This document shows, piece after piece, positions 36,990 to 50,966 of a stretch of DNA of 64,000 nucleotides. The notes beneath the pieces are model-generated. The model was not told where the DNA came from. It made no database searches and saw only the letters and a program-made list of their open reading frames with translations. The position numbers and the translations under genes are program-made. How positions within the stretch are numbered: position 1 is the first letter of the stretch; each line of letters opens with the position of its first letter. Origin of the DNA: Hypanus sabinus (lineage: Eukaryota); the NCBI RefSeq assembly GCF_030144855.1, contig NC_082708.1:53816001-53880000 (forward strand), given 5' to 3'.

Positions 36990-39290
36990 AGCTAACTAGG
37001 AAGGGAAGAGAAGAGATCTTAGAGAAACAAAATTATGAAAAAGATAGACAAGATAGCGGCAGAAAATTTGTTTGCATTGATAGGTAAGAATAGAACTAGG
37101 GGACATCGCCTCAAGATTCAGGGAAGTAGATTTAGGGCAGAGATGACAAGGACAGCTTTTTTTCTGGAGAATGCTGAATCTGGAATTCTCTGCCCATGGA
37201 AACATTGGAAACTACCTTATTGAATATATATTTAAGACACCTATTACATCACCAACACTGTCCAGTTCCAACCTAACAACATTGGAACTGGGAACAGTTG
37301 GAAATGTGATAGATATTCTGATCCTGAGGACAGGAAAGAATGAAAGAGACAGGTCTGCTAAAGAATGGAGACTAGCAGAAATGATGTGAAAGGGATGTGG
37401 TAAACTGGATCAGCAAATTTGCTGATGATACAAAGATTGGAGGTGTAGTGGACAGTGAGGAGGGTTTTCAAAGCTTGCAGAGGGATTTGGATCAGCTGGA
37501 AAAATGGGGTGAAAAGTGGCAGATGGAGTTTAATGCATACAAGTGTGAGGTTATTGTGCTTTGGAAGGACATACAAGGTAAGTGGTAGGACATTGAGGAG
37601 TGCAGTAGAACAGAGGGATCTGGGAATACAGATGCATAATTACCTAAAAGTGGTGTTACAGGTAGATAGGGTCATAAAGAGAGCTTTCGGTACTTTGGCA
37701 CTTTATCAAATCAAGTCGTCACTTTTATTGTCATTTCAACCATAACTGTTGGTACAGTACATAGTAAAAATGAGACGACGTTTTTTCAGGACCACGGTGT
37801 TACATGACACAGTACAAAAACTAGACTGAAATACAAAAAAAACAACACAGAGAAAGCTACACTAGACTACAGACAAACACCAGACTGCGTACAGTGCACA
37901 AAAACAGTGCAGGCGTTACAATAAAAAACAGGACAATAGGGAAAGGTGTCAGTCCAGGCTCTGGGTATTGAGGAGTCTGATAGCTTGGGGGAAGAAACTG
38001 TTACATAGTCTGGTCGTGAGAGCCTGAATACTTTGGAGCCTTTTGCCTGACAGCAGGAAGGAGAAGAGATTGTATGAGGGCTGCATGGGGTTCTTCATAA
38101 TGCTGTTTGCGGATGCAGCGTGTAGTATTATTGTCAGTGATGACAGAAAGAGAGACTCCGATGACCTCAGCTGACCTCACTATCCGCTTCAAGGTCTTGC
38201 GATCCGAGATGGTGCAATTTCCGAACCAGAGAGTGATGCAGTTGCTCAGGATGCTCTCAATACAGAAAGTAGAGACACTGCTGGGCTTTCTTTGCTGTGG
38301 AGCTGGTGTTGAGGGACCAGGTGAGATTCTCCGCCAGGTGAACACCAAGAAATTTGGTGCTCTTAACAATCTCTACCGAGGAGCCGTCAATGTTCAGCGG
38401 GGAGTGGTTGCTCCGTGCCCTCCTGAAGTCAACAACCATCTCTTTTGTTCACACTAAGAGACAGGTTGTTGGTTCTGCACCAGTCCATCAGCCGCTGCAC
38501 CTCCTCTCTGTAAGCTGACTTGTTGTTCTTGCTGATGAGACCCACCACAGTCATGTCATCGGCGAACTTGATGATGTGGTTCGAGCTGTGTGTTTCAGCA
38601 CAGTCGTGGGTCAGCAGAGTGAACAGCAGTGGACTGAGCACACAGCCCTGGGGAGCCCCGGTGCTCAGTGTGATGGTGTTGGAGATGCTGCTCCTGATCC
38701 AGATTGACTGAGGTCTCCCAGTCAAGAAGTCTGGGATTCAGTTGCAGAGGGAGGTGTTCAGGCCCAGTAGGCTCAGCTTTCCAATCAGTTTCTGAGGGAT
38801 GATTGTGTTGAATGCTGAACTGAAGTCTATGGACAGCATCGGAACATTTGTATCTTTTTTGTCCAGGTGGGTTAGGGCCAGGTGGAGAGTGGTGGCAATG
38901 GCGTCATCTGTCGAATCAAAGTATTGGGCGTGTTTTGTTAAATCAAAGTATTCAGTATAAGAATGTTATGGTGAGGTTGTATAAGATATTGGTTAGGCCG
39001 AATTTGGACTATTGTGTGCAGTTTTGGTCACTTAGTTACAGGAAGGATATTAATAAGGTTGAAAAATTGCAGAGAAGGTTTACAAGGATGTTGTCAGGAC
39101 TTGAGAAACTGAGTTACAGAAAAAGGTTGAATAGGTTAGGACTTTATTCCCTGGAGCATAGGGGAGATTTGATAGAGGTATATAAAATTATGATGGGTAT
39201 AGATAGAGTGAATGCAAGCAGGCTTTTTGCACTGAGGCTAGGGGAGAAAAAAACCAGAGGACATGGGTTAAAGGTGAAGGGGGATAGAAG
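36990..39290 (+). mobile_element. CR1 LINE fragments interrupted by Rex1
   Basis: SKFADDTKIGG...WQMEFN; LYKILVRPNLDYCVQFW; TRGHGLK. Confidence 0.88.
37706..38912 (-). mobile_element. Rex1/Babar LINE
   Basis: [33 protein letters not shown]; AATAAA tail. Confidence 0.92.
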
Positions 39291-39309
39291 TGCAGTGATG
39301 GGAGGGAAA

Positions 39310-39537
39310 GGGTAATGTTGCAATTAGATATTACAACCCCAGTGACCTGGGTTCAATTCTGCTGCTGTATGCAAAGAGCTTGTGAATTCTCCCTGTAACC
39401 ACATAGATTTCCTCCAGGTGCTCCAATTTTCTCTGACATCAGGTTAGTAGATTAATTCATCATTTGGGTGTAATTAGGCATTGTAGGCTTGTTGGTCTGC
39501 AAGGGCCTGTCGTGCTATATCTCTAAATAAAATAAAA
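39310..39537 (+). mobile_element. V-SINE-like element
   Basis: B-box-like gggttcaattct; atttcctccaggtgctccaatttt; tail ctctaaataaaataaa. Confidence 0.7.
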
Positions 39538-39869
39538 CATAGATTTTTAGATAGCAAGGGATTTAAAAGTTATGAGGAAAACCCTAACAACCATTTTCTC
39601 AGGGAACTGGAACTAAAAGCGAAAGAGCTTAGGTTTAACTGTAGAAGGAAAAGATTTACAAGAAGTCTGAGGGGCAACTTATTCACACAGAGGGTGATAT
39701 GTATATGGAATGAGCTGTCAGATTGAATGAGCTATTAGAGAAAGTTGTTAAGACATAATGTAATTTAAAAGACATTTCAGTAAGTATATAGACAGGAAAG
39801 CTTTTAGATGGACATGGGTCAAACACAGGCAAATGGGTGTGGCTTAAGTAGGTACATAGAACATAAAGC

Positions 39870-42800
39870 AGTGCAGCAGAGGAACAATGTTGTGTCAAAG
39901 TAATTGAATTAGTAAATCAGATGCTCAACTGAACCTACCCCTTCTGCCTATACAATGCCCATATCGTTACACTTCCTACATATTCGTGCACTTATATATC
40001 GCATTTGCCCTTTACCACCACTCAAGCATCGAATTCCATTCACCCAGTACTCTCAATAAAACTTACTCTGTACTTTTCATTTGAATTTACCCCTTCTCAC
40101 TTTAAATGTATGCCCTATGGTGGCAGAACTTTCTTCCTTGGAAAAAAAGATACTGCCTACCTTTGCCTCACATAATCTTTTGAATTTCTACCAGATCTCC
40201 TCTTAACTTCTATTGCTTAAGACAAAACACCTCTCCTTAGGGCACATGTCTTTTAATCCAGGAAGCATCCTGGTACACCTGTTCCATACCCCTTCTCCAG
40301 AGACTAACAATGTGTGACCAGAACTGAAAGTTATAATTCAGAAGGAGCTTAACTAGAGTTTTATCAAGCTGCAACTTAACTTACCAACTCGAACTCAGTT
40401 CCTCGGCTAATAAAGGCAAACATGCCATAAGCCTGTTTTACTATCCTATCAGTTTGTCTAGTTACTCTCATGGAGCAAAGAACCTGGACCTAAAGATCCC
40501 CCTGCTCATCAACACTTAAGGATTTTGCCATTAACAGTGTTCTGACCCTTTATATTTGATCTCCCAAAGTACAATACTTCAGGTTTGGGCAGGTTAAACT
40601 CCATCTGCTGTTTCTCCTTCCGTATCTGCAAATGACTATATCCCACTGTATTCTTTGCCAGTCTTCAACACTATCTATGACACCACCTATCATATTCACT
40701 GCAAGCTTACTAATCCATCCATCTATGTGTTCATCCAGGTTACTTATACACTTACTATCATAAACAGCCCAGGACCTACCATGAATCCCTGCCGGCACCA
40801 CTAGTCATAAACCTCTGCTTTCTATGGGTAAGCTGATTCTGAATCCAATCGGCTAGTTCACCATGGATCCTGTACTCCAGAATCTTCTGGGTGAACCTCC
40901 AAAAAGGGACCCTCAAGCACCTTACTAAAATCCATGTAAGTAATACCCACAACTCTCATCAATCATCTTTGTCACCAATCAAGTTACTAACACCAGACTT
41001 GCACTGTATAAAGCCATGCTGACTGTCCCTAATCAGGACATGAATTTCCAAATGCTCATGTATCATATCTCTAAGAACCCCTTCAATAACTTCCCTATCA
41101 CTGACATGAGACTCACTGATCTATAGTTTCCAGGTTTATCCCTTTTTCCTGTCTTGCATAATGGAACAACATTAGATAGTCACTAGTCCTCTGGGATCTT
41201 ACCTGTAGCTAGAGAGGCACAGAGATCTTGGTCAAGGCCCTAGCAATCTTATATCCTGCCTCTTTTAATAACCTGGGATATATTCCATCAAGCCCAGAGG
41301 ACATCCATCTTACTGTTAAAAGACACAACCCCACCTCCTTTATCTTAAAATATCAGTTAAGTTACCACACTCCACTGGTCCTCCACAACCTTCTTCTTGG
41401 TAAATATTGATCCATATTCTCTGTCTTCAAGCATGGGTTGCCTCTTTTAACCTTTAGGGTTCTTAACTGCTCTTTAATTACCCTCATGCTCTTAGTATAC
41501 GTATTGATGCACCATCAATAACTCTCTAAGACGTGAGGCGAGATATCGGCTTTTATTGACTGGTAGAAAGAACAAGCAGTAGTTGACCACCATACAACAT
41601 CCTGGAGACTGAGGGCAGGGCTCAGGCCTCAATCTCCTTTATACCGGGGTCTATGGGAGGAGCCATAGTCAGTGGTCAGCAAGGGGGGGCGTGTCCAGAC
41701 AGGTATATGTAGTTCACCACATGTATAGAATGCCTTGTGATTCTCTTACTCCACTTGCCAAGGACTTTTCCTGGCCTCTCCTGGCTTTTCTAACTTCCTT
41801 CTTCAGTTCTTTTTGCTTTTGGCTTTTTAATTATGCTCAAGAGTTCTGTTTGATTTTAGCTTCCTAAACCTTACAAACATTTTCTTTTTAACTAAATTCA
41901 CCACCTCTCCTGACATTCAAGGTTCCCTGACCTTTCCATCCTTGTTCTTCCTTCTTATTGGAACATACTGATCCTGTACTCTGTGCAATTGGTCTTTAAA
42001 TACTCTGCACATGTCAGATGTGGATTTGCCCCAAAGCAATTGCTGCCAATAATATCTCCCTGGTTCCTGCCTAATACTCATATCATTTTCCCTGCTGCAG
42101 TTTAATACTCTGTCACAGGGTCCATACTTATTTATAGTTATCATGAAACTTAAGGATTTGTGGTTGCTATTCCCCAGCTTTTCCCTAATCTGTCTGCACA
42201 AGTGTTCCTCAATGTCTCAACGGCAATCGGGAATCCTGTAGTATAATCCCATCATAGTGATTGTATCTTTATTTTTGTGCTAACCATATAGATTCAATGG
42301 ATAAGCCCTTCATTATGTCCCCTCTAAGTGCAACATCACAATTGACATCGACATCATTGCACTTGATAAATAATGCAATATTCCCCCCACTAAACCAATA
42401 GTAATCTCCTTCTCTATCTTTTCTAAAACATTGAAACCCTGGAATAATAAGCATCCATTCCTGTCCCTCTCTCAACCACTTCTGTTATGACCACAACATC
42501 ATAGTTCCATATACTGATCAATGCTCTTAAGTTCTTGACCCTTACCCATAATGCCCCTAGTGCTAAAATACACACACTTCAACTCATCTACCTTATTGTG
42601 TCTATTACCTTGTACTTGCCTGTTCTTACTGCTGACAACATCTACATTCCTCTCAATCCCTTTACTTTCTGACCTGGTGCTCTCATTTCCATCCCCATAC
42701 CTACCAGCCAGGATTGTGGTTCCCCTCCAGATAAGGTGCAAACCATCTCTCTTGTGCATGTCAGCCTTACCACAGAAGAGATTCTAGTGATCCAGGAACC

Positions 42801-43030
42801 TGAAACCTTGATCTCTACACAAGATCCTCAGCCACTCATTCATCTGGTTTTGTTTTTCTATTCATGCCCTGACTAGCACATGGTGATGGGAGAAATACAT
42901 AGGTTACTACCCTTAAGATTCTGCTTTTGAACCTCTCTCTTAGCTCCTTATACTCATTGTATAAGACCTCTTGCCCCTTTCTACCTATGTCATCTGTGCC
43001 AACATGTACCACAACCTCTGGCTGCTAACC
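39870..43030 (-). mobile_element. Long degenerate CR1 LINE (end of ORF1, endonuclease, RT remnants)
   Basis: RDGLHLIWRGT, LKCVYFSTRGI, PGFQCFRKDR, WISKLA motifs. Confidence 0.8.
41505..41721 (-). mobile_element. Solo LTR (217 bp) inserted in CR1
   Basis: TGTGGTG...TGCATCA on the minus strand; TATAAAG and AATAAA; 5-bp TSD CGTAT/TGTAT. Confidence 0.8.
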
Positions 43031-44099
43031 CTCGCCCTTGTGTATGTTCTTCAGCCACCCTGAGCATCCTCAACCCAGCGCCTGACATACCTTGGTCGGC
43101 ATGGGCATGTTGAGCGAAAGGGGTCATTTCCATGCTGTATGACTCAAGAAATCACATTTTATTCTCAGCATGTTGATATCAACTTCTCCACTCCAAGGTT
43201 CTACCATGTATAAACTAGAGGCAATTGAACTGTATGTGATATGGTTCCACTCAATAAAAAAAACATTCTGGCATTGGAGACAGTACAGAAGAGAATCACT
43301 GGACTACTGCAAGAAAAAAGCATTCTTAGGAGTTTGGAAGAATGCAGGTGATCCTATTGAAGCATAACATCCTGAGGAACAATGAAAGGGTAGATATTGA
43401 AAAGTTTCCATTGGGGAGTTGAGGAACAGAATCTCAAATAAGAGAAGAGTTACAAAGTAATGGTCATTTAAAATGGAGGTGTGTTGCAACTTCTTTTTGA
43501 AGAGGTTGATGACTCCTGTAATTCCCTGCCTTGGGAGATCTGTGGAAGTTGAAAATCTGGAGGAGGCAGATTCACTTTTAAAAGCCTATGAGGAATTGGC
43601 CCAGGAATTGTGCTCTGGAGTAGTTAAGCTATGATCATATAGTCATACTGAATGGTGGGGGACATTTTAGCGACCAGGTGGCATCTTCCTGCTCCCATTT
43701 TTGTGGCTTGTTACTGTAATGAGCAGATAGGATATCTACTGAGCAGAGATTCCCAAAGCTATTACCCCTCCCTTTATTCCTAGAGCTTAACTGCTTTGGG
43801 AATAAGACTTTGATCCCTTTTGTCTCTTGAAGAATATTTCAATAGGTTGTTTATTTTTTCCTTTCTATTTCACTTACTCAATTATAGAGACCTGTTTTGA
43901 TTTGTTGGACAGGGACATTCACTCTAACAATATATTTTGTACTGGCTATAACAACATGCCATTCAAATATCCTTCTACAATTACAATTTTCTGCATTTTT
44001 CTTAACTCATCATGATTTAACCACTTTTTATTTTTAATATATATTTCAAGCCTATAATAGTTTGGTTGATTGTTGACTGCTTTCTGACTTGTCAATGCA

Positions 44100-44241
44100 A
44101 GCAACACAGATAAACCAAACAACACACACAAAATGCTGGAGGAACTCAGCAGGCCAGGTAGCATCTATGGAAAAGAGTAAATAGTGGATGTTTCGGGCCG
44201 AGACCCTTCATCAGGACTGGAGAAGAAAGATGAGAAGTCAG
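44100..44241 (-). mobile_element. Penelope terminal (pLTR) fragment with a hammerhead-like core
   Basis: Reverse complement reads CCAGTC-CTGATGA-AGGGTCTCGGCCC-GAAAC; same family as 8725 and 55265. Confidence 0.8.
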
Positions 44242-46835
44242 TGCCCCTCTCACCGCCAGCCAGATGAGGTCTTGGTGCCTGTTGGTGAGGTCTGGCGATG
44301 AGGCATTTTGCCAGATGAACTGGATGGTCTGCTCAGGGAACCACTCCACTGTGTCCATCTCATCCTTCTCCTGCAGTGCCTGCAGGACCTTACATGCTGA
44401 CCACTGCCTGATGGCCCTGTGGTCAAAGGCGTTGACCTGAAAGAACTTCTCTACGAAGGACAGGTATGCCAGCAATGACCAGCTGACAAGGGTGTTGCGC
44501 GGGAAAGGGGCCAGACCCATCCTTTTTAGCCAGGGCGACAGGTAGAATCTGGCATGTAGTGGTACTTGGTGCCCACGTACCTGGGATCCACACACAACCT
44601 GATGCAGCCACACACGAAGCTGGCCATCAGGGTGAGGGCAACATTGGAGACGTTTTTGCCCCCGTTGTCCAGGGGCTTGTGCATGGTGGTCCATCTAACC
44701 CGCTCCATCTTGGATCCCCAGACGAATCTGAAGATGGCGGGGACTGGCCACACCTGCGCCAAGTACAGCAGCCCTGAGAGCACCTCACACCTGATGACTA
44801 GGTTCTTGCCCGCTATCGATAGGAAGCGCCCTCCCCACAGCCCCAGTTTCTGTTTCACCTTGGCAGTCCGCTCCTGCCAGTTCTTGTTGCACGCCTCAGC
44901 CCCTCTGAACCAGATCCCCAACACCTTCAGGTGATCAGCCCTGATGGTGAAGGGGACGCTGGATCGGTCTGGCCAATTGCCAAAGAGCATGGTTTCGCTC
45001 TTCGTGCGGTTGACCCAGGCCCCTGACGTCTGGTCTAACTGTTCGCAGATGCTGATCAGCCTGCGAACTGACCTCGGATTGGAGAAGAAGACGGTGACGT
45101 CGTCCATGTACAGGGAGGTTTTGACTTGTGTCCCTCCACTGCCTGGCAGCGTCACCCCTCTTATGCCCCCATCCCTCCTGATGGCTTCAGCAAAGGGTTC
45201 CATGCAGCACACGAACAAGACGGGAGAGAGGGCAGCCCTGCCTGACTCTAGACCTGATGGGGAAGCTGTCTGTTTCCCACCCGTTGACCCGGACTGTGCT
45301 ACAGATGTCCATGTAGAGCAGTTTGATCCAATTCCAGATTCCCTCCCCAAATCCCATTTTGGAGAGTATGTGTGCGATATCCTGTCGAAGGCTTTCTCCT
45401 GGTCCAAGCTGACCAGGCAGGCGTCCACCCCCCTGTCCTGCACGAAGGCGATGGTGTCCCTCAACAGCATGAGGCTGTCTGAGATCTTCCTGCCCGGTAC
45501 AGCATAGGTATGGTCCGGGTGGATCCCCTGCTCTAGTGCAGACTTGACCCTGTTGGCGATAGCCTTGGACAGGATCTTGTAGTCCACATTCAGGAGTGAG
45601 GTGGGCCTCCAATTTGTAATGTCTTCCCTCTCCCCCTTCTCCTTATAGATGAGGGTGATGATGCCCTTCTGCATGGATTTGGACATGTTGCCTGCCAGAA
45701 GCGTAGTGTTGTACATTTCCAGCAGGTCGGGGGCCACCTGGTTCCACAGAGCCAAATACAACTCGACCGGTAAGCCGTCGCTTCCGGGAGTCTTACCTGA
45801 CTCAAAGGAATGGACGGAGTCAATCAGCACCTCCAGGGTCAGTGGCTGCTCCAGACTCTCCCGCTTGTCGTCGTCTAAGACCTGCGTGATAGACGACAGG
45901 AAGTTGCGGGAGGTTGTGGAGTCTGTGGCCTTTTCTCCGTACAGACTGGCATAGAAGGACCTGCAGATCCTCAGTATGTCTGTCTGCGAGGACGCGACTG
46001 AGCCGTCCTCTTCCTTAAGGTTGTGGATCACAGAGCTCCCCCTGTGCACCTTTTGGAAGAAGAATTGTGAGCACGTCTCGTCCTGCTCCATGGTTTGGAC
46101 CCTCGATCGGAAGATGATCTTGGAGGTCTCAGTGGCAAAGTGCTGAGCCTGCTGGCCCTTCACCTCCTGTAGTTCCTCCCTGACATCCACCCCCCTTGAC
46201 TGCAGAAGGAGGAGTTGCTGCAACTCTGTCTGGAGTTTACGCAGTTCCCTCTGCCCCTGCCTTGCTTTCTGGATACCCTTGTGGATGAAGAACCTCTTGA
46301 TGTTCTCCTTGGTGACTTCCCACCAGTGAACCAGGGAATCAAAGAAGGCTTTCAAGGTTCTCCAACCTGTGTACTCCTTCTCTAGTTTCTCGATGTTCTC
46401 TGGGGTCAGCAGCTTGACATTCAGCTTCCATGTCCCCTTCTCTGCCTTCTGGTCCTCCAGCAGGTGGCAGGTGGCTCGCAGGAGGCAGTGGTCAGAGAAG
46501 AGCACTGGCGTGATGTCGGTGGTTCTGACTGTGAGGGGCTCTGACAGGATGAGGAAGTCAATCCGGGAATGGGCTGAACCGTCCGATCGTGTCCAGGTGG
46601 CTTGCGGCTGAGCTGTCCGATTGTGTCCAGGTGGCTTGCGGCTGAGCTCCACCTGTGGGGGTGCCAAAGGCATCGCGCAGCTTGGCTGTCTTTACCGTAT
46701 CCGTCAGGAGTCTGGAGGTACTGTCCAGCCTGCCATCAGCGCTGCCGGATTATCCAGCCGCATCAGTGGTGCAGTTGAAGTCTCCGGCCAGAACGACCGG
46801 CCGGGATGTCACCAGCAGTGGTGGGAGCTGCCATG
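44242..46835 (-). mobile_element. Tx1-type (L1 clade) LINE ORF2 fragment, truncated at both ends
   Basis: AGDFNC, SRIDF, SDH, KTPGSDGLP, DQEKAFD, YMDD, WLAVRGAL; GC-rich; frameshifts, including a 34-bp tandem duplication at 46581-46648. Confidence 0.92.
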
Positions 46836-46837
46836 AT

Positions 46838-47255
46838 TGGACCACACTCAGGTTGGAGGAGTAACATCTTATATTCTGTCTGGGTAGCCTCCAACCTGAT
46901 TGCATGAACATCAAACTTATAGTAATGCAACCCCCTCCTTCACAATTTCCCTTTTCCATTTCCCTCTCTCACCTTATCTCCTTATCTGTCCTTCACCTCC
47001 CTCTAGTGTGCCTCCCCCTTGCTTTTCTTCCATAGCCTTCTGTCCCCTCCTATCAGATTCCTCCTGTATCTCACCAATCAACTTCCCAGCATTTACTTCA
47101 GCCCTGCCCACTCCCGGTTTCACCTTTCACCTTCTACCTTGTATTTCTTCCTCCCCTCTCCCTGTCTTCTAACTCGGACTTCTCAACTTTCTTTTCCAGC
47201 CCTGGTGAAGGGTCTCAGCCCAAGACCCATAGATGCTGCCTGATCTGCTGAGTTT
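46838..47255 (+). mobile_element. Penelope 3' end (GIY-YIG C-terminus plus pLTR)
   Basis: RLEExHLIFCLGSLQPDCMNI; pyrimidine-rich 3' region; degenerate ctggtgaagggtctcagccc. Confidence 0.8.
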
Positions 47256-47284
47256 ACCTCTATTTTGTTTACCTCTATTGTTTA

Positions 47285-48011
47285 TTATTTTGTTTACCTC
47301 TATTGAATCTCCCCTCATTCTCCTACACTCCATGGAATAAAATGTTGTCCCATTCAACTTTTCCCTTTAATTCAAGTCCCGGCAACATCCTTGGAATTTT
47401 TCTCTTTAATAGAACTTTAATAGAATAGAAATAGAATTTTTCTATTTAAATTTTATTGCTAACTGTGCTTTAGGGAGGTGACAAAAACTATGCACAAAAT
47501 TCAAATTAAGGTCTCAACAACTTCAATATTACATCCCAACTCCTGTGCTCAATACTTAGATTTTTTTTTAAGGCCAATGTGCCAAAAGCTGTCTTTACAA
47601 CCCTATCTACCTGTAATGGCACTCTCAGGAGTAAAGGGATGTTTATTCCCAGTTCTTTGTTCTTAAGCATTCCTCAGTTCCCTACCATTCACTGCATAAA
47701 TCCATTTGCCATTTCATCTGCATTTTGCAGCTCATTTTTCCAGCTGGTCCAGATCCCGCTGCAAGATTTCATAGCCTTCTTCGCTGTCTACTATGACCCC
47801 AATCCACGAATTTTCTGATCCAGTTTACCACATTATCATCCAGGTTATTGATATAGATGGGAATTAATAATGACCCAGCACTGATTCCTGTGGCACATCA
47901 CTACTCTCAGGCCTCCAGTCAGAGAGGTAACCATCTACTACCACTCTCTGGCTTCTCCTGCAAAGCCAATGTTGAATCCAATTTACTACTGCATCCTGAA
48001 TGTCAAATGAC
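47285..48011 (-). mobile_element. CR1 LINE fragment
   Basis: RRMRGDSIEVNKI; CR1 RT 3' motifs. Confidence 0.7.
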
Positions 48012-50966
48012 TGTTGGATTAGACGGTATAATTGTTATTTTCTTTACTGTTTAACTTTCCTATACCTGCTTGTATTTCGTACAATTACCTATGTATATGC
48101 AATTGGTCAGGTGTGTCCCCTAGTGCTTACATTTCTTTGTGTTATTCTGGTATCACATTGTTTGAATAGGAGCTATCTGATTGGTTAACTCTTATCTAGA
48201 AATTTGAATGGAATATTTGTTATCTATGGCTCACCATCTTTCTTCTTTCTCCTTCTTTGTTCTTTCCTGCTGACTTTTTCTTTCTTACTACTCTCTTTTC
48301 CCAATTCCTTTGCTGTATTAGTGTTTAATAAAATGATCATTCAACAACAAGTTTCATGCCTTGTTCTTGACGACTGAAAGAACCTTAGATCAGAAACATC
48401 AGAATTTAACACTTTGGCATTATTGGCAAGGATGGTTGCAAAGATTTAAGGACTTGGAAGAATCCAAGATGAAATGAAAACTTTTGAGTGCAAATTTAAA
48501 AGGAAAGAGCTTCCTGTATAATTCCAAATCATTCAAGAAAACTGCCTAGTTCTTTTTCAATAACCATCAGTGGAAGTTTAGGAATAATGAAGCCACTATA
48601 CATTGCTATTCTGAAAAAAGAATCAGATCTGAAAAATCAGACCAGGACTGAAATTAATATGTTGCTCAAATTAAATTTGTACAAGCCAGTGGAGTACAGA
48701 GACATCTTTTGGTTGTAATTTAATGCTTTAAAAAAGTCTAGATTGCGATCTAGTGAGGGAAATATTGACATTTGCAAACCAAAAATATCAATTGCATGCC
48801 TAGAGAATTTCAGTTATCGTCCTAAAATAAAATATCAACTGCAATCTTATAAAATTTCGGGTGTGATCCAATAATATTTCAACTGCAGTCCTATAAAGAT
48901 TTCAACCCAATCTTACACTATTTCAGTTGGGATCTAATAATATTTCAAGACTGCATTTCAAGTGATAAAAAATATATACAAATTAATGTTACACGGTATT
49001 GAATTAAGGCAATGGCCAAACTCATGAAACCTATCACAGAATCTCCAATTACATTTGAACAGATGACTGAGCATCTGAGCTCTTACCTGATTAAAATATC
49101 TTAATTTGATAAAGTCTGGATGAAGAATACCATCAATGTTAAGTCTATTAAGAACACATGTGATAAAATCCAGAGAATGCCCAAATGAAAGGAAAAAAAA
49201 CTAGAATGTGTGAGTTAGAGATACAACCATGTGGTCAGTTTGATTGAGTGAGAAGTTTAATGGATGAGTAAAGAAGTTAACTAAGCAGTTGGGAGAGAAA
49301 TGTGAAATATGTAATAAATTACAGAAACAGTGTGATAGAGACAGTAATATATCTAAAGAGCAAATGTCTGCACTGAGTAAAAAAGCAACGTAAGTGTAAT
49401 TGAATCAAAGTGCACTGTACAGTGCTTCGAAACAAAGTGAAGTAATATGAGAAATTTTAGCAGGGAATTCAAGTGGATGGTCATGCCAGTGACACGCTCT
49501 CTTGGGAAACACCCCCTACATTGGACACAGTGGCATCATCTAAACTCTGAGGAATCAGAGCATATGTTGGGCAGTTCTCTGAGATGGAGCTAACATCCAA
49601 ACTCCAGAAACTACAGGATGGATATGACATGGATACTATAGCAGTCTCTAGCAACTCAATTGAGGATGACAATAATGAAACAATGGGATTGGTAGCTAGG
49701 TAATGGCTTGATCCAGTAAAGACCAAGGAACTAAAGACAAGCAGGACTGAAAATGGAACCTATGAAAGAAGACTGGAGGTGGATTATCGAGTTGTTAATC
49801 AATGTATTTACAAGCTAACCCCTAGAGTGGTAATCCATTAACTAATTTCAATGTTCTGAAGCCATCACACAAATGGTTTACAGTTATTGGAATGTCAACC
49901 ATTTTTGGCTTTCGAGGTTGATGGTCAAAAATACCAGTGGATGAGGCTACCACAAGTTCTCCACAACAGTCCCATTGTCCATTCTATGGCTTTGAGACAG
50001 CATTTGAAGGACTTAATAAATCCATAATAGAATAATAACCATTAAAAAATCAATAAAAGACTGTACCAACTTGGGCATTCAATCAGTTTGCAAAAGACCT
50101 AAATTGCAAATACAAAAAGAGAGAAATAAAAATATTAAATAAATAAGCAATAAATATTGAGAATGTGAGATGAAGAGTCCTCGAAAGTAAACCCATAGGT
50201 TGTGGAAATACTTCAATGATGAAGTGAAGTTGAGAGAAGCTATCCCTTTTGGTTCAAGAGTCTGATGGTTGAGGGGTAATAACCTCCTGAACCTGGAGGT
50301 GTGAGTGCTGAGGCTCCTGTACCTTCTTCCTGGTGGCTGCAGTGAGAAGAGAGTGTGTCCTGGGTGGTGGGCATCCCTGTTGATGGATGCTGCTTTTCTG
50401 GAACAATGTTTCATGTAGCTGTGTTCAGTGGTGGGGAGCACTTTCCCTGTGATGGTCTGAGTCATATCCACTACTTCTTCCATTCAAGGGCATTGGTGTT
50501 TCCATACCAGGCTGGGATGCAGGCAAAGAATATACTCTCAACATCTACAAAAGTGTGTCAAAGTTTTCAATGTCATACTGAATCTTTATAAACACCTAAG
50601 GAAATAGAGGCGCTACTGTGCTTTCTTTGTAATTGCACTTACATGCTGGGGCCCATGACAGGTCCTCTGAAATCATAACTTTAAGGAATTTAAAGTTGCT
50701 GACCCTCTGCACCTCTGATCCTCAGGTGAGGAATAGCTCATGGACCCCTGGTTCCTCCTCCTGAAGTCAATAGTCAGCTCCTTGGTCTTGCTGACATTGA
50801 GTAAGAGGTTGTTGATATGACACCACTCAGCCAGATTTTCAATCTCCCTCCTATTTACTGATTCATCACCACCTTTGATCTGGCCTACTCTCATCAGCAA
50901 ACTTGAATATGGCATTGGAGCTGTGCTTAGCTGCACCATCATAAATGTAAAGCGAGTAGAGTGGGG

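Noticed and set aside
47250-47305. TTTACCTCTATT x3 as a CRISPR-like or functional array
   Set aside because: Short slippage repeat at a TE junction in a eukaryotic genome, with no spacer structure.
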